The position numbers were made by a program, and so were the translations under genes. The notes below the pieces were generated by a model. The model saw only the letters and a list, made by a program, of their open reading frames with translations, did not search any database and was not told the origin of the DNA. From a virus (taxonomy: Duplodnaviria; Caudoviricetes): a stretch of DNA of 48,307 nt. Each line of letters opens with the position of its first letter. The stretch's first letter is position 1. The stretch lies in the IMG/VR virus record IMGVR_UViG_3300011403_000004, positions 1-48,307 of that record. One strand, given 5' to 3'. Of the stretch, positions 1-8,857 are shown piece by piece.

Positions 1-123
1 CGGGCGCGATCTGATCCGCGACATGGAGCAGACCATACAGCAGATCGCGATCGACTGTGCGGCGGTCGTCGAGGTGCCGGTAACCGTTACCGCTGACCTG
101 AAGATCGCCGACGATCCAAAAGA
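1..123. repeat. Terminal direct repeat (circular assembly overlap), copy 1
   Basis: Positions 1-123 are identical to 48185-48307, and an ORF reads in frame across the junction. Confidence 0.97.
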
Positions 124-169
124 GCGAACGCGCATCCGCGACTATCGGCTGATTGTGAGCCTGCCATGA
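1..169 (+). CDS. 3' part of QueF-like T-fold protein spanning the circular junction
   Basis: Continues the frame from ATG 47985 (...GRDLIRDMEQTIQQIAIDCAAVVEVPVTVTADLKIADDPKERTRIRDYRLIVSLP); TGA 167-169 overlaps the next ATG. Confidence 0.8.
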   Translation, partial: GRDLIRDMEQTIQQIAIDCAAVVEVPVTVTADLKIADDPKERTRIRDYRLIVSLP

Positions 170-372
170 ACCACTGCATCACCTGCGGCCGCCGCTGCCA
201 ATACGTGAACAATACCCACTGCTTGAGTTGTCGTACCGCGATGCTGTTTCGCGGTTGGCACTATACGCTGCCAGCGAGCAGACGAAAGAAGGATGACCAT
301 GGCCAAGGAACAGGTAAAAGCAACGATCAGCCTGAAGGCCGAGAGCCTGACCGCGCTGATCGTCGCGCTTGA
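166..372 (+). CDS. Small Cys-rich (CxxC...CxxC) hypothetical protein
   Basis: ATGA coupling to the upstream gene; CITC and CLSC motifs. Confidence 0.45.
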   Translation: MNHCITCGRRCQYVNNTHCLSCRTAMLFRGWHYTLPASRRKKDDHGQGTGKSNDQPEGREPDRADRRA

Positions 373-607
373 GGCAATCGCCCTCGACGCCGGCATGCAA
401 ATCGTGATGCAGGCAACCGTCAGCACCTCGATCGCGCTTGAAGCTGACGACCTGAGCGATCTCGGCACCGCGATCGGCGATGTCGCCGGGGCAGTCGGTC
501 GGTCTGAAGGCGTCGAGTGTAAGGTGAGCGCGCCCGGTTCCGCGTGGCACGCCGCCCGGCTCGACCTGACGCCGATGGAGCGCATGATCAACGACGCGAC
601 GCGCTGA
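293..607 (+). CDS. Hypothetical protein
   Basis: AGAAGGA RBS; protein-like composition. Confidence 0.6.
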   Translation: MTMAKEQVKATISLKAESLTALIVALEAIALDAGMQIVMQATVSTSIALEADDLSDLGTAIGDVAGAVGRSEGVECKVSAPGSAWHAARLDLTPMERMINDATR

Positions 608-697
608 GCGCCATTCTGCCGAATCGACACACGAATATACCTGAGCGCGGCCCCAGGCACCTTACAGCCGCGCTCAGGCCCCTTGCAGGAACAGATT

Positions 698-2371
698 ATG
701 ACCATGCTTCAAGCCGATATTCTGACCTGGGCCCAGACCTATACCGGGCCGAAGTTTCATGCCCTGCTGTGCGATCCGCCCTATGGCATCGAGTTTATGG
801 GCAAAGCCTGGGATAAATTCGGCGCGACTAATGAGGCAACCGCATATCAGAAGTTTAGCGAGGACTGGCTAAAAGCTATCTGGCCACACCTGTACCCAGG
901 CGCATGGTGTATGGTTTTTAGCAGCACACGAACGTTGCACCGGCTCATGGTAGCGGCTGAGGATGTCGGCTATATACTACAGCCTATCATCATGGCATGG
1001 GCATTTGGGTCGGGTTTTCCCAAAGCAACCAACATCAGTGCTCAGATCGACGATCGCGCCTTCCGCGCCTGGCTCGACGCGCACCCGGTCGAGCAGGCCC
1101 AGCTTGAGGCGTTACGGCAGGCAGCACGCCTTGCACCGAAGGCTGAGCGCGTCGCAGCCTTGCGCGCATATCAGAACTGCCGCAAGCAGATCAAGGCGGC
1201 GGCTGGGTTTGCGCCGGTTGCCGGTACCAAGAAACATCAGCCGAAGTTTGCAGCGGCTGAGCTCGGGTACCGCGAAAAAGACAACGGCTTCAACAGCAAA
1301 GAGCGCGAGTCCTTCGACGTGCATGGCCCAGCGACAGACAGCGCAGCCGACTGGGCCGGGCATCGATATGGCGGGCAGGCGATCAAGCCCGCGCTGGAGC
1401 CGATCATCGTCTTCCAGAAGCCGTACGACGGCAGCCCGGTCGACAACATCACCTCGACCGGGGCCGGGGCGCTGTGGATAGATGGCGGGAGGATTGGCAC
1501 GAATGGCGGCGGAGGCAACGGGCTGGGATCTCATTATGACAGGCTTGGCAATACAGAAGCATTGACCAAACATGGTATTGACCAAAGCAATTCCCTGGGC
1601 CGTTGGCCCGCCAACCTCGTTCTCGTTCATGCGCCCGAGTGCAACGGCGTCTGCGTCCCTTCCTGCCCTGTCGCGCGGCTGGGGGCCCAGAGTGGTAACA
1701 CAAAGTCAGGCAATGACATAAACGATCGCCCGGTCGAGTTTATGGCAGGTACCGGCGTGTTTGGCACTCGAAACTATACCGGCCACGACGACAGCGGCAC
1801 CGCGTCGCGCTACTTCTACGCCGCTGATTGGATGCTCGACCGGCTCGAGGCCGCCGACCCGGTTGCCTACTACCCGAAGGCGTCAACTTCTGAGCGCGAG
1901 GCCGGGCTCGACCCGCGTCAGACCGCAATGATGCGGCTGCTCGACGAAGGTGCGGCAGACTTCGGCGGGGCAGTCGTCGACGACGGGCGCGACATCGCGA
2001 TCGACAACCCGTACCAGCGCGGCGAAACGACCCGGCGCAACATTCACCCGACGATCAAGCCGATCAGCCTGTCGCGCTACCTGGCAACCCTGCTGCTGCC
2101 ACCAGCCGCATACGGCCCCAGGCGACTGTTGATCCCGTTCGCAGGCGTTGGGAGTGAATACCTGGGGGCCATGCTCGCCGGCTGGGAAGAGATCACCGGC
2201 GTCGAGCTCGAGGCCGATCATGTCGCGATTGCCAACGCGCGGATCGCCTACTGGAAACAACGCGCATGGGAGTTGAGCGATCCGACGAGCAAGCCGACCG
2301 TAACCGCCGCCGCCGCTGTCCCGGCTGGGCAGCTCGATATGTTTATGGAGGATTCACATGACCGATCATGA
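698..2371 (+). CDS. DNA N6-adenine/N4-cytosine methyltransferase (beta-class) with long insertions
   Basis: N-terminal CDPPY, GSGFPK, GRWPAN and HPTIKP motifs; C-terminal PFAGVGS SAM-binding motif. Confidence 0.92.
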   Translation: MTMLQADILTWAQTYTGPKFHALLCDPPYGIEFMGKAWDKFGATNEATAYQKFSEDWLKAIWPHLYPGAWCMVFSSTRTLHRLMVAAEDVGYILQPIIMAWAFGSGFPKATNISAQIDDRAFRAWLDAHPVEQAQLEALRQAARLAPKAERVAALRAYQNCRKQIKAAAGFAPVAGTKKHQPKFAAAELGYREKDNGFNSKERESFDVHGPATDSAADWAGHRYGGQAIKPALEPIIVFQKPYDGSPVDNITSTGAGALWIDGGRIGTNGGGGNGLGSHYDRLGNTEALTKHGIDQSNSLGRWPANLVLVHAPECNGVCVPSCPVARLGAQSGNTKSGNDINDRPVEFMAGTGVFGTRNYTGHDDSGTASRYFYAADWMLDRLEAADPVAYYPKASTSEREAGLDPRQTAMMRLLDEGAADFGGAVVDDGRDIAIDNPYQRGETTRRNIHPTIKPISLSRYLATLLLPPAAYGPRRLLIPFAGVGSEYLGAMLAGWEEITGVELEADHVAIANARIAYWKQRAWELSDPTSKPTVTAAAAVPAGQLDMFMEDSHDRS

Positions 2372-2825
2372 GGGCTGGGGCGACTGGGAGAGCGGGCCCC
2401 CGCGCGAGATCACCGACTATGAAAAAACGTACGTGGCACGCCGTCAGGCCAAGCCGAAGCGCCCCGGCGCGACGCCTGAGGCCAAGGTGTTGAAGGCGTG
2501 TATTGCCTATCTCGAATCGCTCGACTGCTACACCCTCCGATCGTCGTCAGGCTTTACGAACTTCGGCGAGCGATCCGTGACCATGGGCCGGGCCGGGCTG
2601 CCGGATATCCTGTGCTGCAAGGCGGGTCGGTTTATCGCCGTCGAGTGCAAGGCTCAGGGCGGTAAGGTCAGCGAGGCCCAGGCGCGGCAGCACGACTTTA
2701 TCAAGCGACGCGGGGGCATCGTGATCATACCGCATAGCGTTGCTGAGCTTCGGGCCGGTCTGGTCGAGCACTTCGGAGAGCAGACCGTAAAGGACTGGGA
2801 GATACTAGGGAAAAAGAGAGCTTGA
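2358..2825 (+). CDS. VRR-NUC / PD-(D/E)xK nuclease
   Basis: E...GLPDI...FIAVECK...Q pattern; GGAGG RBS. Confidence 0.85.
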   Translation: MTDHEGWGDWESGPPREITDYEKTYVARRQAKPKRPGATPEAKVLKACIAYLESLDCYTLRSSSGFTNFGERSVTMGRAGLPDILCCKAGRFIAVECKAQGGKVSEAQARQHDFIKRRGGIVIIPHSVAELRAGLVEHFGEQTVKDWEILGKKRA

Positions 2826-2857
2826 CGCCTATACCACAAGTATGGTAGTATACCGCT
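2822..2857 (+). promoter_or_regulatory. Putative sigma70-type promoter with internal inverted repeat, upstream of HTH gene
   Basis: TTGACG...TG-G-TAGTAT; TACCA/TGGTA inverted repeat; directly before ATG 2858 (possibly leaderless). Confidence 0.45.
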
Positions 2858-3082
2858 ATGAAAGTTGACTACACAACATGGGGTGACACGGTACGCATGG
2901 CGCGGTATCGTCGCAAGCTGACTCAGCGGCAGCTTGCCGATCTGATCGGCGTCAGTCCATCGCTGATCGGCGACATCGAGCGCGGCGAAACGCGACCGAT
3001 CTACGATACGGTTGCAGCGCTGTGTGATGAACTGGACATCGATAGCCCGCCCGCGCTGACGACGGAGCAGGGCGAGCTATGA
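2858..3082 (+). CDS. XRE/Cro-family helix-turn-helix protein
   Basis: LTQRQLADLIGVSPSLIGDIERG is the canonical HTH_3 pattern. Confidence 0.9.
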   Translation: MKVDYTTWGDTVRMARYRRKLTQRQLADLIGVSPSLIGDIERGETRPIYDTVAALCDELDIDSPPALTTEQGEL

Positions 3083-3153
3083 GCACCGTTGCCCTTGTGA
3101 TTATCGCGATCCTGGTGGTGTATGCCGTGTCTATGTGGTGTACGAGGGGATAA
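3079..3153 (+). CDS. 24-aa hydrophobic micro-protein
   Basis: ATGA-coupled; MSTVALVIIAILVVYAVSMWCTRG. Confidence 0.4.
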   Translation: MSTVALVIIAILVVYAVSMWCTRG

Positions 3154-3158
3154 AGCGC

Positions 3159-3199
3159 AGCCCTGATCAGCCTGCCCGCGAAAGCTACTGATCAGGGCT
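3159..3199 (+). other. Intergenic hairpin with GC-GAAA-GC sub-loop
   Basis: AGCCCTGATCAG / CTGATCAGGGCT perfect 12-bp stem. Confidence 0.55.
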
Positions 3200-3214
3200 C
3201 GGAAGGGGTCTTCC

Positions 3215-3451
3215 GTGTCTATCATAACAGAACGTATCGAAGAGCGCAACGTTGAAACGGTGCCGCTAGGGCCCTCCCAAGCCCCTGAGCCGCGCGATAT
3301 GCTGATCGGCGCGCTGCTGGTGTTTGGCGGCGCACTACTCGGCTGGATCGCGCGTGCCGCGTTCCTGCCGTACGACTATTATCAGCTGGCATGGTTGGTG
3401 CCGCTGGTCACGTTCTTGATTGTGTGGGGGAACCGCCATGATCTACGCTGA
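3215..3451 (+). CDS. Small two-TM membrane protein
   Basis: GAAGGGG RBS, GTG start, two hydrophobic segments. Confidence 0.6.
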   Translation: MSIITERIEERNVETVPLGPSQAPEPRDMLIGALLVFGGALLGWIARAAFLPYDYYQLAWLVPLVTFLIVWGNRHDLR

Positions 3452-3851
3452 AGAAGTCAACTATTGGAAAACCAGCAACGTCAGCCCCGATACATGGATC
3501 GACAAGGCCAAGGCAGAGATCATGGCGTCCGATGGTACGATTGACGGTGATGCGTTTGGGAGCTACGACGGGCGCGCGGCGTATCGGCTTGATTTTTCCT
3601 TCGGTGCCGATCGCTTTTGCGCGATCTGGCCGGTGCTGCCGTTTCGCAAGGCGGCCGACGTTCGCGCCGCGCGTATTCAGGCCGCGACGATGCTCTATCA
3701 CGATGTCAAAGCCAAGTGCATCAGTGCGAAGGTGCATGGCGCGCGGGCTGCGTTCTTCCAGTATGCGGTGCTGCCGGATGGTCGCACGGCCGCGCAGGTT
3801 GCTGATCCCGAGCTGACGCAGTTGTATCCGAAGATGTTGACAGGGGCATAG
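3438..3851 (+). CDS. Conserved-looking phage hypothetical protein
   Basis: ATG 3438 with GGGGG RBS; protein-like sequence. Confidence 0.7.
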   Translation: MIYAEEVNYWKTSNVSPDTWIDKAKAEIMASDGTIDGDAFGSYDGRAAYRLDFSFGADRFCAIWPVLPFRKAADVRAARIQAATMLYHDVKAKCISAKVHGARAAFFQYAVLPDGRTAAQVADPELTQLYPKMLTGA

Positions 3852-3854
3852 CGA

Positions 3855-4031
3855 ATGAATCTCAAAGAGCTAGCGATCCTCTATAAACTGATCACCGCTG
3901 CCGACAGCGGCGAATGGCATCGATCCGGCGATTGCAAAGTAGAGAATCGATCAAAAGATTGCGGTTTGTGCCAAGCACTAAAGCAAGCCCGAAAGCTGAT
4001 GAGAGAGTCGAATAATGAAGCCAAACGATAA
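3855..4031 (+). CDS. Hypothetical 58-aa protein
   Basis: Hand-translated MNLKELAILYKLI...CGLCQAL; fills the gap between genes. Confidence 0.5.
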   Translation: MNLKELAILYKLITAADSGEWHRSGDCKVENRSKDCGLCQALKQARKLMRESNNEAKR

Positions 4032-4641
4032 GCCCATGGAGCGCTGGGAGTCCTGGCCCCTCTGGGCCCTGGGCCTGAGCAACGGGCTCAACATTGTTTT
4101 GTGGTACGTGCTGAGCATGGCGCGCATCGACAGTCCCGAGCTGCCGATCGGCATCCTGGGGGCCCTGTCAAAATGGCTGCCGCTGATCGTGGTAGCAGGC
4201 GCCATCGCTCAGGCGCTCAGCCTCGACGGCGCGCTGATCGCTACCATCGCGGGCGCGCGGCATGGTCGAGTGGGCAAGTGGACATGGGCAACCATCGTCG
4301 GGGCCGGGCTCTTCTCAGCCGCGATCAGCTATGCTGTCCACAGCGGGCGCATCGATCAGCTGCCGGGCCTGCACGTCGCGTCAGCCGTGATCCTGATCTT
4401 CTATAACTTGCACCTGGCCCAGCCGCGAAAAGTGTTGACAGGCCCAGCCGGGGCTGCTTCGGATCTGCCTGCCAGCGACGCCAGCGGCTACCGGATCGTC
4501 GCTACAAAGACGCCGGCACTACTCGCCAGCGATCAGCCAGCGTTAAAGCCGTGCCGGTACTGTAACGAGCCGGTTACGCTGGCGATGGCCGGGCAGCACG
4601 GCAAGCACTACAAACAGCATGGGATCTGCGTCGCTGGGTAA
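4015..4641 (+). CDS. Multi-TM membrane protein with C-terminal Zn-finger (SpdB/DUF2637-like architecture)
   Basis: About four hydrophobic helices, an Ala/Pro linker and CRYC...H...H...C at the C-terminus. Confidence 0.6.
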   Translation: MKPNDKPMERWESWPLWALGLSNGLNIVLWYVLSMARIDSPELPIGILGALSKWLPLIVVAGAIAQALSLDGALIATIAGARHGRVGKWTWATIVGAGLFSAAISYAVHSGRIDQLPGLHVASAVILIFYNLHLAQPRKVLTGPAGAASDLPASDASGYRIVATKTPALLASDQPALKPCRYCNEPVTLAMAGQHGKHYKQHGICVAG

Positions 4642-4700
4642 CTGTCAAGATTTACATTATTCGCAACGTAGCAGAATCAAGGCAGATGGGGTGTAAAGAT

Positions 4701-5477
4701 ATGATCTATGTTAATTCCATCTCGACCGGGGCGGCATCGTCCGTATCAGCCGATCGCGCTATCGCCCGCTATGGTCGAGATGCTAACATTCTTTGGGTCG
4801 CAGATACGCGCTGGGAAGACGAGGACAATTGGCGGTTTATGGCTGATTGCATGGCACGCTGGGGCGGCGTCGAGGTACGGCATGCCGAAGGCCGCAACCC
4901 CTTGCAGGTTGCCGAAGATCGATCGGTCATCCCCAACCAGCGGATCGCGCCGTGTACACAAGAGCTCAAGATCAAGCCGTTCGTGCGGTTTCTTGAGTCA
5001 TTGCCGAAGCCGATCACGGTGCTGCTTGGCCTCGACTGGAAAGAGCAGCACCGCATGGCCCGGCCGAAGGCTAACTATGGGGCGATCGACGGCGTAACGG
5101 TTGACTATCCGCTGATGTGGCAGCCCTTCGAGTTTCGCCCGTATCAACAGGTTGTACGGGAAGACTGGGGCATCGAGCCGCCCGCCATGTACGCCGCTGG
5201 ATTCTCCCATGCCAACTGCGGGGGCCGATGTGTCAAGCAGGGGGTTGGCGATTGGAATCGGTTGCGCTTCTGGAATTACGCGCGATTCGCCGAAGTGCGC
5301 GACTGGGAGCAGGCCCAGCGGGCCAAGGGCGGCGCGCGGGCCGACTATGCAATCTGCCGGGATTCGCGCAATGATACCGTAAAGCCGTTGACCCTACTCG
5401 AAATAGAGCAGCGCGGCGAAAAGCCCGAAGCAGGCGAGTCACAAGATGATATGTTCGCATGCATGTGCAGCTATTAG
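4701..5477 (+). CDS. Adenine-nucleotide alpha hydrolase (PP-loop, PAPS-reductase-like) protein, possible Fe-S
   Basis: SISTGAAS PP-loop variant, ADTRWED, HANCGGRCVK and terminal CMC. Confidence 0.75.
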   Translation: MIYVNSISTGAASSVSADRAIARYGRDANILWVADTRWEDEDNWRFMADCMARWGGVEVRHAEGRNPLQVAEDRSVIPNQRIAPCTQELKIKPFVRFLESLPKPITVLLGLDWKEQHRMARPKANYGAIDGVTVDYPLMWQPFEFRPYQQVVREDWGIEPPAMYAAGFSHANCGGRCVKQGVGDWNRLRFWNYARFAEVRDWEQAQRAKGGARADYAICRDSRNDTVKPLTLLEIEQRGEKPEAGESQDDMFACMCSY

Positions 5478-5480
5478 GGA

Positions 5481-6182
5481 TTGACCATGTTCTCAGGACG
5501 AACAACAACAACCATTCAGGCCCCGGCGCATGGCCCGCTCGACTATAACAGTCTGCGGCCCAGTTTCGCAACGCTTGCGCCGCTGTTCGGCCTGACGATG
5601 ATCAGCCTGATCCCAATCGGCCTGGGGGCATTGTTCGTGTACTGGGCCATGCCGCTCTCGACTGGGCTACAGTTGATCAGCGCGGTTGTTGGCGGCCTGC
5701 TGATCGTCGCGGGGGCGCGGTTCTTTTGGCCCCTGAGCGCCGACATCCCTGACGCGATCAAGCAGTATCATGCGATGGTCTATGCATGGCACAGTGCTGA
5801 GCTCGACAAGTACCAGTCGAGCGACGGTATGATCACCTCGCAGCAGATGAGCGAATGGTCATACACTGAGCGCGACATGCGTCATGTGGCCTTAGCAGTC
5901 CTCTGGTTGATCTTAGAGCAGCCCCGTAGTCTCAGCATCGAGCGGCTGACCAAAGGCCCGATGCAACTCAACATTGGCCATCGCGCCTTCAAGCTGGTTG
6001 ACATGACCCAGGATGGCGCGGCGGGCTTTCTCGACCTATGCGCCCGGGCCGGCGTGATCAACGGGCGCGGGCCCCGCACTGCCGGAACGATCGCGATCCT
6101 CGACAGCCGGCAGGCTGCCCAGAAGATATTAGCCGAAGCCTCGCGCAACCCGGCCATGTTTGGGAGTGACGATGGAAACTGA
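5481..6182 (+). CDS. Two-TM membrane protein with possible C-terminal winged-helix domain
   Basis: Two N-terminal TM helices; QDGAAGFLDLCARAGVING resembles a winged helix (FtsK-gamma-like). Confidence 0.55.
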   Translation: MTMFSGRTTTTIQAPAHGPLDYNSLRPSFATLAPLFGLTMISLIPIGLGALFVYWAMPLSTGLQLISAVVGGLLIVAGARFFWPLSADIPDAIKQYHAMVYAWHSAELDKYQSSDGMITSQQMSEWSYTERDMRHVALAVLWLILEQPRSLSIERLTKGPMQLNIGHRAFKLVDMTQDGAAGFLDLCARAGVINGRGPRTAGTIAILDSRQAAQKILAEASRNPAMFGSDDGN

Positions 6183-6573
6183 CGCGCTAGAACGGCTCGC
6201 CGACTGGCAGGCGCTGTGCGATTGGCTCGAAGATCGCGCCTACAACGCAAGCTATGAACCGCGTTGCCGGGGCGCGTACCTGCTGAGCGGGCCATGGGCT
6301 GCTCGACGGACGATCAGTGTCGACGACCTCGACCGGCCGCCCTTCTTTGTCTATAACGGCGTACCGGCGTATCGCAAGAAAGACGTACCCAACCCCGAGT
6401 ACCAGGCTGAGCGCAAGCGGGCCGCATTCTATGCCCTGATCGTCAAAGAACGATCACGCCTGCAGTTAGTCTACTGGGCAACCGGGTACGGTTGGCGGCT
6501 CAGGAAAGACTACAAAGAAAAGATCGAGGCTGAGCGGGTGCGCTTGGCCCAGGAGCGGCATGAAAGCACTTGA
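6172..6573 (+). CDS. Hypothetical protein
   Basis: GGGAG RBS; overlaps its neighbours in operon style. Confidence 0.65.
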   Translation: METDALERLADWQALCDWLEDRAYNASYEPRCRGAYLLSGPWAARRTISVDDLDRPPFFVYNGVPAYRKKDVPNPEYQAERKRAAFYALIVKERSRLQLVYWATGYGWRLRKDYKEKIEAERVRLAQERHEST

Positions 6574-7162
6574 TCTCTTTTGTAAGCAGGGCGGGGCGAC
6601 GCGGGGCCTGCAATTAGCAGGCTACCATGTGACCGGCGTTGACATCGAGTCGCAGCCGCGCTATTGCGGAGATCGGTTCATTCGGGGCGATGCCCTGACG
6701 GTTGCACTCGACGGGTATGATCTGATCTGGGCCTCGCCGCCCTGCCAAGAGTATACCAACGCGCAAAAGATACGAAACAACGATCACCCGGATCTGATCG
6801 CGCCGATCCGTGCTCGACTGATCGCCAGCGATACACCGTATATCATCGAAAATGTACCGGGTGCGCCGCTGATCAACCCGATCATGCTCATGGGATCTAT
6901 GTTCGGACTTGGCACCATGCGCCCGCGTTTGTTTGAGTGTAGTTTTGATGTTCCGTTCTTTCTTATGCCGACGCCTGCCCAGCGCACTGCGAAAATGGGC
7001 CGAAGGCCAATGGTAGGCGAATACATGCATGTTGTGGGCAACTTCTCAGACGTTGCTGCCGCCCGCACTGCCATGGGTATTGACTGGATGACGCGCGACG
7101 GGTTGCGCGAGGCGATCCCGCCCGCCTATAGTCAATTCTTAGCTGAGCAACTGAGACGATAA
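6560..7162 (+). CDS. Short DNA (cytosine-5) methyltransferase
   Basis: LDLFC (motif I variant), WASPPCQ (IV), IIENV (VI), RPRLF (VIII), EAIPP (X variant). Confidence 0.88.
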   Translation: MKALDLFCKQGGATRGLQLAGYHVTGVDIESQPRYCGDRFIRGDALTVALDGYDLIWASPPCQEYTNAQKIRNNDHPDLIAPIRARLIASDTPYIIENVPGAPLINPIMLMGSMFGLGTMRPRLFECSFDVPFFLMPTPAQRTAKMGRRPMVGEYMHVVGNFSDVAAARTAMGIDWMTRDGLREAIPPAYSQFLAEQLRR

Positions 7163-7482
7163 TGCTCTATGTGGCCTGCATCCTACTGGGGATCATCGCC
7201 GCCCGATGGCTGTACAGGCCACTGGCGGCGCTCCTGCGTGCGCTGGTCTTCATCCTGAGTATTTATATGGCTTTTCGCATAACGGCGCTTGTAGCCCCGC
7301 TCAGCCTCGATCTGGATTGGCGGGGCTTCTGGGGCAGCGCCGCGCTGGGGCTGATCGCCATGCTGGTATTCGGCGGCGCATGGTTCTACCTGCTGGGATG
7401 GCGCGGGCGCGTGGCAGCGACTGAGGCCGAAGAGGTCGACCGCGCGAGGCAGAAGGCCCAGAGGGAAAGGAAAGTAGCATGA
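7162..7482 (+). CDS. Membrane protein (about three TM)
   Basis: TAATG coupling; hydrophobic helices with a charged tail. Confidence 0.65.
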   Translation: MLYVACILLGIIAARWLYRPLAALLRALVFILSIYMAFRITALVAPLSLDLDWRGFWGSAALGLIAMLVFGGAWFYLLGWRGRVAATEAEEVDRARQKAQRERKVA

Positions 7483-7667
7483 CTCGCTCGACCCGCATCA
7501 ATGTCGGCGATGGCATCGCGATCAAGTATGCCAAAGATGGCGGCTCGACCGCGTTTGAACTGGGCCATGTGCAGTCCATTCGACGGGGCATACCCCGAAC
7601 GATCGTGATCGCCATGCGCGATGGCTCGACGGTGTATCTGTTAGCTGAGACGCCGAAGAAAGAGTAA
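7479..7667 (+). CDS. Hypothetical protein
   Basis: ATGA coupling; AAGGA RBS. Confidence 0.55.
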   Translation: MTRSTRINVGDGIAIKYAKDGGSTAFELGHVQSIRRGIPRTIVIAMRDGSTVYLLAETPKKE

Positions 7668-7676
7668 CCCAAGATA

Positions 7677-8081
7677 ATGACGGTTCAATTACTGGATGTC
7701 CACACTGTCACATGGCATTATGGTGGTGATATGACCACCAAGACATGGGGCGGCAAGCGCGACAATCGCAAGCGCCGCCCCGACGACAAGCGCGGCGGCC
7801 GGCGCATTCCCGGCCCAGGCAAGACGTTAGGTAGACCACGAAAGGACAAGGACATGACGAGCAAACGAGAGCGGGCGGTGGGATGGTTTGTTGCAGCAGC
7901 GCGAGATGATGGCAAGGCGTTACTTGAGCGTGGGACGGGCGAGCGGGCGCGGTTCATCTCTGCGATAAGGGATGGTGATATGTACGATGTGACTATTTGC
8001 CATTACGGGATGCCGGCGGTTGAGAAGCGTGTCACACTCGCAGACCTTGATGACGAGGTGTACGCGACCTCGATACTCTAG
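7677..8081 (+). CDS. Hypothetical protein with basic AT-hook-like N-terminus (start may be 7731)
   Basis: WGGKR...RGGRRIPGPGKTLGRPRK. Confidence 0.55.
   Translation: MTVQLLDVHTVTWHYGGDMTTKTWGGKRDNRKRRPDDKRGGRRIPGPGKTLGRPRKDKDMTSKRERAVGWFVAAARDDGKALLERGTGERARFISAIRDGDMYDVTICHYGMPAVEKRVTLADLDDEVYATSIL
7800..7831 (+). repeat. 32-bp direct repeat, copy 1
   Basis: CGGCGCATTCCCGGCCCAGGCAAGACGTTAGG, identical to 8091-8122. Confidence 0.92.
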
Positions 8082-8090
8082 CGCGGGGGG

Positions 8091-8122
8091 CGGCGCATTC
8101 CCGGCCCAGGCAAGACGTTAGG
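8091..8122 (+). repeat. 32-bp direct repeat, copy 2
   Basis: Identical to 7800-7831. Confidence 0.92.
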
Positions 8123-8130
8123 ACGACCAA

Positions 8131-8164
8131 AGAAAAAGCCTGCTGAGAAAGATCAGCAGGCTTT
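8131..8164 (-). terminator. Intrinsic terminator where the two arms converge (likely bidirectional)
   Basis: AAAGCCTGCTGA-gaaaga-TCAGCAGGCTTT, followed by a T-tract on the minus strand. Confidence 0.8.
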
Positions 8165-8855
8165 AACTATACCCGCAAATTTGCAGCCAGACGACCGGCG
8201 TGCCCTGGGCCGGCGAAACATAGCAGAGCGGGCCCGGTACCCAGCCTTGCATCATGTTGTCAACATTCGCAACCTGGCTATTCACCGTAAAGAAGTAGGG
8301 CACCGCTTCGGTACCGGCGCGGGCGCGTACATTCGGCAGCGGCGCGTTCATCGTCAGACGTACCAGATACTTATTCGCCACTGGTACACCGAACGTTGCC
8401 GGTATGTCGACCATGACGCCTGCCGTCAGCGATCGAGCTTCCCATGCCGGATTCGTCGCAACCGCTGGTAACAGCTCCATGCCCCCAGCGGTATACGGCG
8501 CGTCGACGCCTGCGATCGGTTCCCAGTATCCCCCGACGAAGCCCGTTTTTGTGATGGTCGGCGCGGTCTGCGGTACTGCGCTGGCCCAGGCCCAGAGACT
8601 GCCATCGGGCCGGATCAAGCAGCCCCCAGCGGCGATCTGCGATACGGCGTCAGGCCCGCCGCCAACGTAGGTATGCACCAGCTGCCGATTGGTTGTGCCG
8701 GCCGGAACGCGGTAAATCTCGAGATTCTGCGTGACGCCGCCGCGCTTGGCCACTACCACGCCGTAGATATTGCCGTTTGGATGGACAAAGCAGGGAAACG
8801 CATTTAAGCAATGCTCATAGCCTGCATAGTTGGCGATAGGGGTGAATAGTGCCAT
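8163..8855 (-). CDS. Putative virion/tail-associated protein
   Basis: Last gene of the late operon; beta-rich composition. Confidence 0.6.
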   Translation of the reverse strand: MALFTPIANYAGYEHCLNAFPCFVHPNGNIYGVVVAKRGGVTQNLEIYRVPAGTTNRQLVHTYVGGGPDAVSQIAAGGCLIRPDGSLWAWASAVPQTAPTITKTGFVGGYWEPIAGVDAPYTAGGMELLPAVATNPAWEARSLTAGVMVDIPATFGVPVANKYLVRLTMNAPLPNVRARAGTEAVPYFFTVNSQVANVDNMMQGWVPGPLCYVSPAQGTPVVWLQICGYS

Positions 8856-8857
8856 AA

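Noticed and set aside
3159-3199. Hammerhead ribozyme (CTGAT...GAAA)
   Set aside because: The core reads CUGAUCA rather than CUGANGA, and the three-stem junction cannot be formed.
7800-8122. 32-bp repeats as att sites or a DGR template/variable pair
   Set aside because: No integrase or reverse transcriptase is present, and the differences are synonymous rather than adenine-specific.
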